A DNA stretch of 64,000 nt from a virus, in IMG/VR virus record IMGVR_UViG_3300042558_004148, positions 207,416 to 271,415 of that record, one strand, 5' to 3'. Made by a program: the position numbers and the translations under genes. Below are positions 1-9,401 of this stretch, one piece after another; the stretch's first letter is position 1, and every line of letters starts with the position of its first letter. The notes beneath the pieces are model-generated. The model was given only the letters and a program-made list of their open reading frames with translations. It ran no database searches and was not told the DNA's origin.

Positions 1-1
1 A

Positions 2-298
2 GAAAGTAACCGAAAGGTTAAGGATGCTATACAAAAAATTAAAAGTCCCAAACTATCCAGAGATTTTTTAACCACTGTGGCATATAAGGAATCAAGATTT
101 AATCCAAATCCATCCACAAATAAATCCTATACTGGATTATTTCAAATCGGTGGCCCGGCATGGGCTCAATTAAAAAGAATAAATCCAACCAAATATAAAG
201 GTAAAAATCCACCACTTGATCCCACATTAAATGCACAGGCTGGATATGATTATCTAAATTGGTCTTTCGAACAATTTAAAAAATTAACCGAGAAGTAA
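2..298 (+). CDS. lytic transglycosylase (SLT-domain) protein, 5' end outside window
   Basis: The frame is open from the window edge. The segment ...AYKESRFNPNPSTNKSYTGLFQIGGPAW resembles the SLT catalytic E-S...GL(M/F)QI motif. Confidence 0.5.
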   Translation, partial: ESNRKVKDAIQKIKSPKLSRDFLTTVAYKESRFNPNPSTNKSYTGLFQIGGPAWAQLKRINPTKYKGKNPPLDPTLNAQAGYDYLNWSFEQFKKLTEK

Positions 299-304
299 TA
301 TAAA

Positions 305-904
305 TTAAGCTATAAAACGATCTCCTGATAGATCAGACAGATCTATTTCTTCGTCGTCTATTTTTATTGAGATTAGGTTTACTTTAGCTCCCTTGACTAG
401 CCTTATCTCCTTTTCCTCGTAAGAAACAGGTTCTATATTAAGTCTTATTGTAGGTAACCAATCTACAGCAGTTTCATCAACTTCAGCTTCCATTATTGCG
501 GTAAATGGCATTTCGTTGCTATATCCCCAATGAGGTTCAGCCGATGATTTATCCCAGGACCAATAAATCCCGAGGTGTTTTACCTGCGAGGGTAATCTAG
601 ATTCCCATTCCTTATTAACGGTCATTGCTCTCCAGATCCTAATCTTTCCGTTATTAACAAGTTCTCTTTTTAATCTGTCTATAAAATTTTCAGCAAGAGC
701 CTCAAATTCATATTCCACCCAATTTCTAAAATCATCCTCGTCGATATCATCATCCGAAATTCCCTCCTCCGCTGAATATTCATATCTTAGAGATTCATCA
801 TTATAAGTATCAGATATTGCGAGATCCACAAATTTCTTATTAACCACTTCACTTACGGAAATGGAGGTAACACTAGATTCATTTATAAATTGATGGAATT
901 TCAT
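305..904 (-). CDS. hypothetical acidic protein
   Basis: ORF track 305..958. The internal Met at 904 abuts the stop of the upstream minus-strand gene (906), so it is the preferred start. No recognisable domain. Confidence 0.45.
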   Translation of the reverse strand: MKFHQFINESSVTSISVSEVVNKKFVDLAISDTYNDESLRYEYSAEEGISDDDIDEDDFRNWVEYEFEALAENFIDRLKRELVNNGKIRIWRAMTVNKEWESRLPSQVKHLGIYWSWDKSSAEPHWGYSNEMPFTAIMEAEVDETAVDWLPTIRLNIEPVSYEEKEIRLVKGAKVNLISIKIDDEEIDLSDLSGDRFIA

Positions 905-905
905 A

Positions 906-1484
906 CTAATCAGTTGACTTCTTCTCCTTTTTTGCTCTCTGATATAGAGCCTTATCACTCATTTCTGTTGTTCTACCACCAGTGAGGAAAGAATTAACTC
1001 TTGCCATGGCCCATTGCTGTGGTGTTGTTCCTGGAATATGGCCGGTTTTCCATGCAGCATATCCTCTAGACCAGACCTCTCTAAGTATACCTAATGGAAA
1101 TCCTGTCTTATCAGATTTCTTTTTCAGAGCTTTATATATCGGACTATTTTTTCCCATGGATTTCTCGAGAAGAACTTCCTCGGTTATATCAGCATTTTCA
1201 ATAACAATATCTTCAAATATATCAGATGGAATTTTAAAGCTGTCGAATTCTATAATATTCTTAGATTCGAATTCCTCGTTCTCACCAAACATTTCTTTAT
1301 ACTTTTTTGTATATTTAGATGCTTTGGTAGGAACAGGTTTACCCTTTCCAGCTTTTCTACTTTTATAGTCAGCATCCCATGGACCATAAGCAGAATCGTC
1401 ATCATCCTTTTTATCGGCATGTTTCTTAATCTCCTTCTTCATGACATTGGGATTTGTTGTCAAATATTTCTTTGGTAATTTCAT
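906..1484 (-). CDS. hypothetical Lys-rich protein
   Basis: ORF track. Co-directional with its neighbours. No motif recognised. Confidence 0.45.
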   Translation of the reverse strand: MKLPKKYLTTNPNVMKKEIKKHADKKDDDDSAYGPWDADYKSRKAGKGKPVPTKASKYTKKYKEMFGENEEFESKNIIEFDSFKIPSDIFEDIVIENADITEEVLLEKSMGKNSPIYKALKKKSDKTGFPLGILREVWSRGYAAWKTGHIPGTTPQQWAMARVNSFLTGGRTTEMSDKALYQRAKKEKKSTD

Positions 1485-1499
1485 ATCTTGCTATTTCTA

Positions 1500-2240
1500 T
1501 TATAATTTTATCCATTCCTTAAATCTCATAATCGACTCATTTAGGGTTTCAACAAAATTAAAATCCCTAAGAAAATCACCAAAGTCTTCCAAGTAACCTT
1601 TCTTTGTTTCGTCATATTTATCAGTTGTCCATTGCCAATTGAATGATAGCACATCTGGTGTTTTAAATCCGAAGAATTCAAGGACCTGTTTTTCAAGTTT
1701 TATGGCTTCCGCTCCATTCCAGTTATGTCCGGTAGCTACAACGCCGGTTTCTTTGTTTTTAATTAAATTAGATTCTCCTAATGTTGAATGTCTGCTTTCA
1801 ATCCATGTTAATCTTTCAATTAATTCAGTGTAAATTGAATTCATTTTTCCCCATCTGATGGATCCAAAGAAAATAATTATATCTGCCTCAAAAATAGCAT
1901 TTGCTACTTTATATAGTTCATCCGATTTGTTATTTAAGGAAGCCCAACATCTAATATTACCTGTTGGATTCTTAGATTTATCCTTTAGCATAGCTTCCTT
2001 CAAACCACAGGTATTTCCTCTTTTAGTGGATACGTTTCCTTCACAAGGAAATATTTTTAACTTTGCAACATTAATCAATTCAGTATTATTAGGGCCTAGT
2101 TTTTTTAAAAGCTCCTGTGCTATTATGGAAGATTTGGGTAATTCATCGTCACCTTCCCATCGATTGGAGGTTGTTAGAAAGAGTATTTTTTTCTTTCTGT
2201 CCTTCTTTAAATAGTTATAAAGTTTTTTTAATTTATCCAT
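1500..2240 (-). CDS. flavodoxin-like NAD(P)H-dependent FMN reductase family protein
   Basis: N-terminal KKILFLTTSNR and ADIIIFFGSIRWGKMNS resemble a flavodoxin-fold FMN reductase (Rossmann-like beta-alpha core). It sits divergent from the + strand array. Confidence 0.4.
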   Translation of the reverse strand: MDKLKKLYNYLKKDRKKKILFLTTSNRWEGDDELPKSSIIAQELLKKLGPNNTELINVAKLKIFPCEGNVSTKRGNTCGLKEAMLKDKSKNPTGNIRCWASLNNKSDELYKVANAIFEADIIIFFGSIRWGKMNSIYTELIERLTWIESRHSTLGESNLIKNKETGVVATGHNWNGAEAIKLEKQVLEFFGFKTPDVLSFNWQWTTDKYDETKKGYLEDFGDFLRDFNFVETLNESIMRFKEWIKL

Positions 2241-2306
2241 GAATTATATATCATAATATTTTTTCTTCCCGAAAGATTAACCTATATTTGTTAAAAATAT
2301 TAATAT

Positions 2307-2669
2307 ATGAAGAGTTACTATAGAGTGTGTCATCATGAGACATTACAAGGACTTTGGTATGCATTTAATGGTGATTTCACCGGATTAATCCACGACAAGT
2401 TCAAATTCTGTCTAAACAATGGTCTGGAAATGGAATTTGATGAATCCCTGGTTGGGTGGTTATCTGCCGTTGAATCGCAGGAAGACCTATATGCATGGTT
2501 TACAGAGCATGATATAATGGAATTACAAAAGCATGGGTGGTTCATCCATGAATTTGAATGTGAGGATGTCAGATTCTATGAAAGATTCCAGCATCTTGTT
2601 ATAAAGCAGGAGACAGCAAAAGTAAAAAGATTAATAGAACTTAATTTTGAATATGATGAAAGTAGATGA
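2307..2669 (+). CDS. hypothetical protein
   Basis: ORF track; downstream of a TAnnTTTG promoter at ~2283. Confidence 0.45.
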   Translation: MKSYYRVCHHETLQGLWYAFNGDFTGLIHDKFKFCLNNGLEMEFDESLVGWLSAVESQEDLYAWFTEHDIMELQKHGWFIHEFECEDVRFYERFQHLVIKQETAKVKRLIELNFEYDESR

Positions 2670-2940
2670 GAGCAAACTGACATTTGAGGGAAGTATGAAT
2701 TATATCCTGCAGATAATGCCGGATGACGAAGATCCCGATGAGATATACGTCAATCAATATCAACCAAGGAGAAACAAAGTATGGGTTGGTGCTATGAATA
2801 AAGAAGAACTGATACCTCAGGTGGAGGAAACGATTGAGAGAATGAAAATTGCAATCTCGCATTTACAGGAATACCTGGACGGTAAGAGAGACTATGTCTA
2901 CTATTGGGAAAACGAAAAAGAACCTTGGAAAAGTAAATAG
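2647..2940 (+). CDS. hypothetical protein
   Basis: ORF track; short overlap with the upstream gene. Confidence 0.4.
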   Translation: MNMMKVDESKLTFEGSMNYILQIMPDDEDPDEIYVNQYQPRRNKVWVGAMNKEELIPQVEETIERMKIAISHLQEYLDGKRDYVYYWENEKEPWKSK

Positions 2941-2943
2941 AAT

Positions 2944-4083
2944 ATGGAAAGAAAATTAGCATCAGTACAGAAAGTTAGAGAAATACTCCCAATAGAGGGA
3001 GCGGATGCAATAGAAATTGCAGTTATTAATTCATGGAAGGTTATCACAAAAAAAGGTGAATATCAGCCGGGAGATCTTTGCATTTATTGCGAGATTGATT
3101 CATTTCTCCCAATTAAAGAAGAATTTGAATTTCTCAGAAAGAGCTCGTTTAAAAAGATGGATGGTCAAGAAGGATTCCGCCTTAAAACAATTAGATTGAG
3201 AGGTCAAGTTAGTCAGGGTCTTATATTGCCATTATCAGTTTTAAATGGCGAGGAGGAAATGACTGTTGGTATCAGCCAGCAACCATGGGGAGATCAATTA
3301 CAACTTGGACCTTATGACGATGCACTTGTTATAGAAGAGGGAGCTGATGTTACTGAGATTTTAGGGATAGTCAAGTACGATCCACCAATCCCAGCTCAGC
3401 TTGCAGGTAAGGTTAAAGGTTACTTCCCATCATTCATTCGTAAGACCGACGAGGAAAGGGTTCAAAATCTAACTAATGAATATTTTGGGTGGAAAATACA
3501 ATCAGCTACTCAATTCTACGTTACTGAGAAATTGGACGGAAGCTCTGCAACATTCTATTTCAAGGATGGCGTATTTGGTGTGTGTTCTAGAAATCTAGAA
3601 TTGGCTGAGCCTGAAGCATTCGTTGAAGGTGAAATGGTAATGTGTCAGGATGGTGTTGAACGACCTAAGCAGGAAAATTCCTTCTGGAAAGTTGCTCAGC
3701 ATCTACAACTTGGAGATTGGATGGCAAAACAAGATGCCAACTATGCTATCCAAGGGGAGTTGATTGGCGAAGGAATTCAGGGAAATCCATATAAAATAAA
3801 AGGTCACACCGTTAGATTCTTTAATGCATTCAATATCGATACACAGGAATATCTAGGACTGGATGAATTTGAGGGCTTAATAAAATCAATGGGATTGGAA
3901 ACTGTGCCTATCTTAGATCGTAATTTTCTTCTTCCTAATACAGTTGATGATCTATTGGAATATGCTGACGCAAAATCAGTTTTAAATCCGGATTTCGATA
4001 GAGAGGGAGTCGTTATCAGAAGTCTTGATAGAAAGATTAGCTTCAAAGCTATCTCCAATAAATTCCTATTAAAAGAGAAATAA
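2944..4083 (+). CDS. ATP-dependent RNA ligase (nucleotidyltransferase superfamily)
   Basis: Ligase motif I KxDG (TEKLDGSS), a motif IV-like segment (IQGELIGEG) and a motif V-like segment (YKIKGHTVRF). The N-terminal VQKV..IEGAD...GDLCIYCEIDS stretch is typical of phage Rnl-type ligases. Confidence 0.65.
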   Translation: MERKLASVQKVREILPIEGADAIEIAVINSWKVITKKGEYQPGDLCIYCEIDSFLPIKEEFEFLRKSSFKKMDGQEGFRLKTIRLRGQVSQGLILPLSVLNGEEEMTVGISQQPWGDQLQLGPYDDALVIEEGADVTEILGIVKYDPPIPAQLAGKVKGYFPSFIRKTDEERVQNLTNEYFGWKIQSATQFYVTEKLDGSSATFYFKDGVFGVCSRNLELAEPEAFVEGEMVMCQDGVERPKQENSFWKVAQHLQLGDWMAKQDANYAIQGELIGEGIQGNPYKIKGHTVRFFNAFNIDTQEYLGLDEFEGLIKSMGLETVPILDRNFLLPNTVDDLLEYADAKSVLNPDFDREGVVIRSLDRKISFKAISNKFLLKEK

Positions 4084-4544
4084 TGGGGAGAAATAAAATA
4101 AAGGAGCCATTAGTTAACGAGAGGATAGGAATTCTTCTTAAAGCTAATGGCTTTAATAGAAGTGTTGCTAATTATAATTGGGAATCAGATTCAGAAGGCG
4201 ATATGGTTTTTGAATCGGAGCTTCAGTATCCGAATAATTCCGAATTTACACATAATCCTGAGATTGATCCAGCTATAATTGAATTTGAAAAATGGCAGGA
4301 TTCCCTTATTCCTAGACCTTCACAGGAGGTTGTTAGATACTGGTTATCATCGTATAAATCAATTGAAATTGAAATTGAAATTGATAAAACAGCGGAACCA
4401 AAATATTGTTTCTCCGTTTGGTCTTATTCTGATTTCGGTAACTGGGAAGAAATAAAACAGGATGAGTGGTATTTATACCGGACTCGTCAAGAGGCTATCG
4501 ACGAAGCTATTGAATTAGCTTTAAAAAGCTTACAATACAAATAA
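4083..4544 (+). CDS. hypothetical protein
   Basis: ORF track; contains an in-frame (gaaatt)3 repeat encoding IEIEIEID. Confidence 0.45.
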   Translation: MGRNKIKEPLVNERIGILLKANGFNRSVANYNWESDSEGDMVFESELQYPNNSEFTHNPEIDPAIIEFEKWQDSLIPRPSQEVVRYWLSSYKSIEIEIEIDKTAEPKYCFSVWSYSDFGNWEEIKQDEWYLYRTRQEAIDEAIELALKSLQYK

Positions 4545-4545
4545 A

Positions 4546-5010
4546 TTATCTATTGCCTATTCTTTTCTCTATTTGGGTTTTTGCGTGTTTTATTAGATAT
4601 TCATCAACGTTAGGTATTTTATAAAGGAATTCAAGCTCATATTTATAACAGAGTATTTCCTCTATATTTACATCCATTTTTACGCCGAGCATCTTAATTT
4701 TTAAATGCATGGATTCATGGACCAGAACGGAGCATATGTTATTAATATCACCTATCTTCATATCGGAAGCTGATATAAATATTACTCCTTTACCGTTAGT
4801 TTCTACTAAATTAGTTGAATAACCACCATTCCAAAAGGAAATCTTATAGCAGCTTTTGTCTATAAGGTTATAATATGATGTATCTATGGTATTTATTTTA
4901 TCTAATGCTTTACGAACGTCCTTATCCCAGAAATCACCAGCTTGATCTATTTGTATCTGTGCTGATAAATATACGGGAATAAAAAAGAGAATATAAATTA
5001 TGGATTTCAT
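4546..5010 (-). CDS. secreted HExxH zinc-metallopeptidase-like protein
   Basis: N-terminal signal peptide (MKSIIYILFFIPVYLSAQ) and HExxH (VLVHESMHL). Confidence 0.4.
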   Translation of the reverse strand: MKSIIYILFFIPVYLSAQIQIDQAGDFWDKDVRKALDKINTIDTSYYNLIDKSCYKISFWNGGYSTNLVETNGKGVIFISASDMKIGDINNICSVLVHESMHLKIKMLGVKMDVNIEEILCYKYELEFLYKIPNVDEYLIKHAKTQIEKRIGNR

Positions 5011-5043
5011 GATTTATATATTAAAAAATTAAAATTTAAAAAT

Positions 5044-5589
5044 ATGTCTTTAGAGAAAGAACCTGCTAAAAACAGAAAACCAGTACAGAATAACAGAAAA
5101 CCAAAAAAACCAGTGGCTATCAAAAATATCGCGGATGATATAAGCGATCTTGAGGTTGCTAGAAAAATGATTAAAATATACCAAAGTGCACAGGACAGAA
5201 AACTTGAATTCAATTTAAGCTTTGAATCTGTTAAAAAACTTTTGTCATATCATACATGTTATTATACAAATAGGATATTTGATGAGGATGGTCCATTTTC
5301 AAGAAGTTTTGATCGAATCGATTCAGCAAAAGGATATATCGAAAATAATGTGGTTGCATGTACAGTGGATATAAATGGGAAGAAGAGCAACTTGTCAATG
5401 GAGGAAATAGAATGTCTATATACTAAATTGATAAAATATCACACCAAGAAATCCGATCAGACAATAAAATCTGAAATTTCAAATCCAGTAACTTCCATAG
5501 TATCTGAAATCGTTATATCGAACGAGGAACCAGAAGAAATTCGTGATGGTGAAACATCAGAAGGTACCGCTGAAGTGGAAGATATATAG
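5044..5589 (+). CDS. HNH-family nuclease-like protein (possibly inactive, H->R)
   Basis: CYYTNRIF....SFDRIDSAKGYIENNVVACTVDINGKKSN matches the HNH_3 layout (C..C ... D[H]ID ... N ... N..K), but with DRID in place of DHID. Confidence 0.35.
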   Translation: MSLEKEPAKNRKPVQNNRKPKKPVAIKNIADDISDLEVARKMIKIYQSAQDRKLEFNLSFESVKKLLSYHTCYYTNRIFDEDGPFSRSFDRIDSAKGYIENNVVACTVDINGKKSNLSMEEIECLYTKLIKYHTKKSDQTIKSEISNPVTSIVSEIVISNEEPEEIRDGETSEGTAEVEDI

Positions 5590-5592
5590 TGA

Positions 5593-6444
5593 ATGACTAC
5601 TAAAAAATTTAACAGCTGGCTTACCGAGAATTCCTCGGGTGATACCATGATTGAAATCACTCCGGATATCATTACCAAACTTGAGACCGATACTGGACTT
5701 TCAGAATGGAACAAGAATAAATATTTTAGTAGTGGTCAACCCGCATACAATAGTCAAAATTCATATTCCTCTAGAGGAGCAATTTTATATCAGCAGCCGG
5801 ATAAAAAATTAAGGATCATTATACCATTAATGAAGCCAAGTAATATAAAAAACAATTTTACATCACTTGAGGATTTACTGGAGGTTAATTTGATTCCCGA
5901 TTATATGGCAGGATCTTTTTATATAACAATAGAATTTAGTGAGAATCCCGACATTAAACCAGGATCACTAATAATGGAGGAGGTTAAGAATTGGAACAAC
6001 AGACACAGAATATCTTTCCAGTATAATGCAAAAGATTATAGTGATCTACTTGCTGTCGTAAATAAGGGTCTGGATGAGGCATTCGAATTTCTAAAAGATA
6101 TCAGAATAGTAATACCATCGGATATAAAGAAGATACCCGGGGTTAAAGCATACATGGAGGATAAGGTTAGAGAAATCTATAATAAAATGCTGGAAGAGAT
6201 AAGGGAAACAGGTGATGCTGTGGAAGATATCGACGATAATATATTTGCTCAGCTTATAATAACTATTCTGGAAGAACATCCAAATCTAATGGACGATTTC
6301 AACAACCTACCAGAGAAAGCCAAAGATAAATGGCTTCATGGGGTTAAGGAGATATTTCCTGACGGTAAAATAGAAATAAACAAGAAGTCGATAGACTCAA
6401 TAAAAGCTTTTCTTAACGTTAAAAATTCTTTCTATCTCATATAA
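5593..6444 (+). CDS. hypothetical protein
   Basis: ORF track. Confidence 0.45.
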   Translation: MTTKKFNSWLTENSSGDTMIEITPDIITKLETDTGLSEWNKNKYFSSGQPAYNSQNSYSSRGAILYQQPDKKLRIIIPLMKPSNIKNNFTSLEDLLEVNLIPDYMAGSFYITIEFSENPDIKPGSLIMEEVKNWNNRHRISFQYNAKDYSDLLAVVNKGLDEAFEFLKDIRIVIPSDIKKIPGVKAYMEDKVREIYNKMLEEIRETGDAVEDIDDNIFAQLIITILEEHPNLMDDFNNLPEKAKDKWLHGVKEIFPDGKIEINKKSIDSIKAFLNVKNSFYLI

Positions 6445-6842
6445 TGAAAAATATCAAGGATTATAAAGTTTTTGAATCAACAGAGGAAGAGGAAGGTACT
6501 GAAAGATTAGCTCTCCTTATTGATTATAATAGATCCAGGATACTGAAATTCTTTTCGGATAAAGGCATGGATTCAGACTTCGTTGCTATAGAAGATCCAG
6601 AAGAATTTATAATGGAATACTGGCCGAGATCTCTTGATGGTTCAATATCAAATAGGATATCATATTACATTGACGAATTTAGATCAATTATATCCAAGGA
6701 ACTAAAAACTGGCATAGAATGGAGATTCGGACCGAACGGAAACGTACAGAGACTAATATTTACTCTGGATAGCCCGATATCTCAGGAATACTACGATGGG
6801 ATATTAAAATACATCGAGACCAAAGAAAAATTAAAATATTAG
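6444..6842 (+). CDS. hypothetical protein
   Basis: ORF track; ATGA overlap with the upstream gene. Confidence 0.45.
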   Translation: MKNIKDYKVFESTEEEEGTERLALLIDYNRSRILKFFSDKGMDSDFVAIEDPEEFIMEYWPRSLDGSISNRISYYIDEFRSIISKELKTGIEWRFGPNGNVQRLIFTLDSPISQEYYDGILKYIETKEKLKY

Positions 6843-6843
6843 A

Positions 6844-6873
6844 ATCCGAGAATCCTCTCGGATTTATTTTTTA
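6844..6873 (+). terminator. rho-independent terminator
   Basis: Hairpin ATCCGAGA-atcc-TCTCGGAT followed by TTATTTTTTAT. Confidence 0.55.
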
Positions 6874-6914
6874 TACTGTAACAATTTATCATATTTGCCA
6901 TATAAGATTCAATA
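6862..6914 (+). repeat. direct repeat copy 1 (promoter-containing), upstream of galE
   Basis: ATTTATTTTTTATACTGTAACAATTTATCATATTTGCCATATAAGATTCAATA; about 48/54 identical to copy 2 at 7990..8043. Confidence 0.7.
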
Positions 6915-6944
6915 TATTCCTCGGTAAATAATAAATAAAATAAT

Positions 6945-7967
6945 ATGAAAATACTTGTAACAGGCGGTTTGGGATTTATAGGTTCACATACCGTTGTAGC
7001 TTTACAAAATGAAGGATTTGAAGTTATCGCTGTTGATAATTTATCCAATTCTTCACTTGAAGTTTTAAATGGAATTGAACGAATCACCGGAACAAAACCA
7101 GTATTTGAAAACATCGATTTGCGAGATAAAAGTTCGGTTCAAAATCTCTTCAAAAAATACGAAGAAATCTCCGGTGTTATTCATTTTGCCGCTTCAAAAG
7201 CAGTGGGCGAAAGTGTAGAAAATCCGTTGTTGTATTACGAAAACAACATCAACCCATTGATCTACTTGTTGCAAGAATTACAGAAAAAACCTGCTGCACA
7301 TTTTATTTTTAGTTCGTCTTGCACGGTATACGGTCAATCTGAAAAAATGCCTATTACTGAAGATGCACCAACACAGGTAGCTTTATCACCCTATGGAAAC
7401 ACCAAGCAAATTGGGGAAGAAATCATAACCGATGTGGCAAAAGTTGGTGCTATCAATGCTATATTGTTGCGTTATTTCAATCCGATTGGCGCTCATGAAT
7501 CAGCAGAAATTGGAGAATTGCCACTGGGGGTTCCTCAAAATTTAGTACCATTTATTACACAAACAGCCATTGGAATTCGTGAAAGGTTATCAGTATTTGG
7601 AAACGACTATCCCACAACAGACGGAACCGCGGTTAGAGATTATATTCATGTAGTCGATTTAGCCAAAGCACATGTTGTGGCACTTCAACGATTGTTGCAT
7701 CATCAAAATATTGAAAATGTAGAGATTTTTAATTTAGGTACTGGAAAAGGAAGTTCGGTATTGGAAGTGATCCAGGCGTTTGAAAAAGTGACTGAGCAAA
7801 AATTAAATTACCAAATTGTAGGACGCCGTGAGGGTGATATCACAGAAGCTTACGCAGATACAGGGAAAGCCAACACAGTTTTGGGATGGAAAACCGAATT
7901 ATCACTAGAAGATGCATTAGCCTCAGCTTGGAAATGGGAAAAAAAGATTAGCGAAAATCCTTTATAA
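6945..7967 (+). CDS. galE: UDP-glucose 4-epimerase
   Basis: MKILVTGGLGFIGSH (Rossmann GxxGxxG) and the SDR YxxxK region. Full-length GalE-like at 340 aa. Composition and codon usage are visibly less AT-rich than the surrounding phage genes. Confidence 0.85.
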   Translation: MKILVTGGLGFIGSHTVVALQNEGFEVIAVDNLSNSSLEVLNGIERITGTKPVFENIDLRDKSSVQNLFKKYEEISGVIHFAASKAVGESVENPLLYYENNINPLIYLLQELQKKPAAHFIFSSSCTVYGQSEKMPITEDAPTQVALSPYGNTKQIGEEIITDVAKVGAINAILLRYFNPIGAHESAEIGELPLGVPQNLVPFITQTAIGIRERLSVFGNDYPTTDGTAVRDYIHVVDLAKAHVVALQRLLHHQNIENVEIFNLGTGKGSSVLEVIQAFEKVTEQKLNYQIVGRREGDITEAYADTGKANTVLGWKTELSLEDALASAWKWEKKISENPL

Positions 7968-7989
7968 AAATAAATCTGAACCCCACTGA

Positions 7990-8043
7990 ATTTATTTTTT
8001 TATATCGTAACCATTTATTATATTTGCCATATAAGATTAAATA
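7990..8043 (+). repeat. direct repeat copy 2 (promoter-containing), upstream of smpB
   Basis: ATTTATTTTTTTATATCGTAACCATTTATTATATTTGCCATATAAGATTAAATA; near-identical to copy 1. Confidence 0.7.
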
Positions 8044-8064
8044 CTATATCTTATCAAAGTTAAA

Positions 8065-8508
8065 ATGGCAAAAAAACACGTAAATATTGTAAACCGAAAA
8101 GCTAAATTCGAATATGAATTTATAAGAACCTTAGTTGCAGGTATTCAATTGATGGGATCCGAGGTTAAGTCTATAAGGGACTCAAGAGTTGATTTTTCGG
8201 ATTCGTACTGTTATTTTAATAATGGAGAGTTATACATCAAGAATCTAAGCATCACGCAAATGGATTCGCATTATTCACACGAAGCAAAAAGAGATCGAAA
8301 ACTTCTACTGAAGAAAAGAGAACTAACCAAATTTGAAAAAGATCTGGTTAAGAACATGTCAATAGTTCCGTACAGAATCTTCGAAACTGATAAGGCTATG
8401 CTTAAAATGGAAATAGCTCTAGGAAGGGGTAAAAAACTTTACGATAAGAGGGAGACTATAAAAAATAGGGACATAGAAAGAGACACTCAGAAACAACTTA
8501 AAGGATAA
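8065..8508 (+). CDS. smpB: SsrA-binding protein SmpB
   Basis: NRKAKFEYEF..GIQLMGSEVKSIRDSRVDFSDSYCYF, RDRKLLLKKREL and GRGKKLYDKRETIK align position-by-position with bacterial SmpB. Confidence 0.85.
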   Translation: MAKKHVNIVNRKAKFEYEFIRTLVAGIQLMGSEVKSIRDSRVDFSDSYCYFNNGELYIKNLSITQMDSHYSHEAKRDRKLLLKKRELTKFEKDLVKNMSIVPYRIFETDKAMLKMEIALGRGKKLYDKRETIKNRDIERDTQKQLKG

Positions 8509-8512
8509 GGTC

Positions 8513-9046
8513 ATGGAAAAAATTGAATGGTGCATAGAACAGCACAGAAAAACCAATCACTGGTATGATGAGTATTTGCCGTATGAATTTCATCTAAGAA
8601 TGGTAGCACAAGCGGCTAAAGATTTTATTCATTTGGTACCTGATTCAAATGATGGTGAAACATCATTCCGGGATGATATTATCCTGGCTGCACATGGCCA
8701 CGATTTAATAGAAGATACGAGGGTTTCATATAATGACGTAAGAGAGGTTCTTGGTCACACTCCAGCTGATATCATCTATGCAGTATCTAACGAAAAAGGA
8801 AAGAATCGTAAGGAACGAGCAAACGACAAATATTACGGGGGTATCAGAAATACGCCAGGTGCAGTCTTTGTTAAACTTGCAGATCGAATTGCCAATGTTC
8901 AATATTCTAAGATGACTAAATCAAGAATGTTTGAAATGTACAAAAAGGAAAATGATAATTTCTTAACAAGTCTTGGTTTTGTTGAAGGCCAAGCACATCC
9001 ACTTGGTGAGATGTGTCACTATTTGGAAAATCTATTCATTGATTAA
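8513..9046 (+). CDS. HD-domain (p)ppGpp hydrolase-like protein (small alarmone hydrolase / Mesh1-SpoT type)
   Basis: AAHGHDLIEDT, EVLGHTPADIIYAVS and VKLADRIANV match the SpoT/Mesh1 hydrolase HD motifs (HDxxED ... KLADRLhN). Confidence 0.7.
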   Translation: MEKIEWCIEQHRKTNHWYDEYLPYEFHLRMVAQAAKDFIHLVPDSNDGETSFRDDIILAAHGHDLIEDTRVSYNDVREVLGHTPADIIYAVSNEKGKNRKERANDKYYGGIRNTPGAVFVKLADRIANVQYSKMTKSRMFEMYKKENDNFLTSLGFVEGQAHPLGEMCHYLENLFID

Positions 9047-9068
9047 TAATAAATATTAAAATTAAATT

Positions 9069-9401
9069 ATGAAAAAAGCATTTGTATTTTTATTGGGCTT
9101 ATCTTTAAGCTTATTAATTTCCTGCGAAAAAGAGGGAGTTACACGAAACAAAATAGAAGGAAATGAATCAGGTTTACCACCGGAACTTAAAGGTCTAAAA
9201 ATCTACGACGTATCTATTGGTGGTGGTTCATATGTTAAAGTTGGTGTTTTGGATAATGAGGTGAAAGGACTAACATATAGAGAAGGTAAGCATACCGGAG
9301 CTATTGTTATGGTTCACAAAAATCAAAACCGAGTAATTGAGATCGAAACGATTATTTCAGAAAATGATTCCATCATGGTTATTAAAAAAGCTATCAAGTA
9401 A
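9069..9401 (+). CDS. lipoprotein
   Basis: Signal peptide with lipobox LLISC. Confidence 0.5.
   Translation: MKKAFVFLLGLSLSLLISCEKEGVTRNKIEGNESGLPPELKGLKIYDVSIGGGSYVKVGVLDNEVKGLTYREGKHTGAIVMVHKNQNRVIEIETIISENDSIMVIKKAIK

Noticed and set aside
982-2214. Plus-strand ORFs 982..1368, 1639..1833 and 1858..2214 from the track.
   Set aside because: These are shadow ORFs antisense to the longer, better-supported minus-strand genes 906..1484 and 1500..2240. They have low-complexity translations and no start context.
4363-4386. Tandem (gaaatt)3-4 microsatellite.
   Set aside because: It lies inside CDS 4083..4544 and encodes IEIEIEID. It is a trivial coding repeat.
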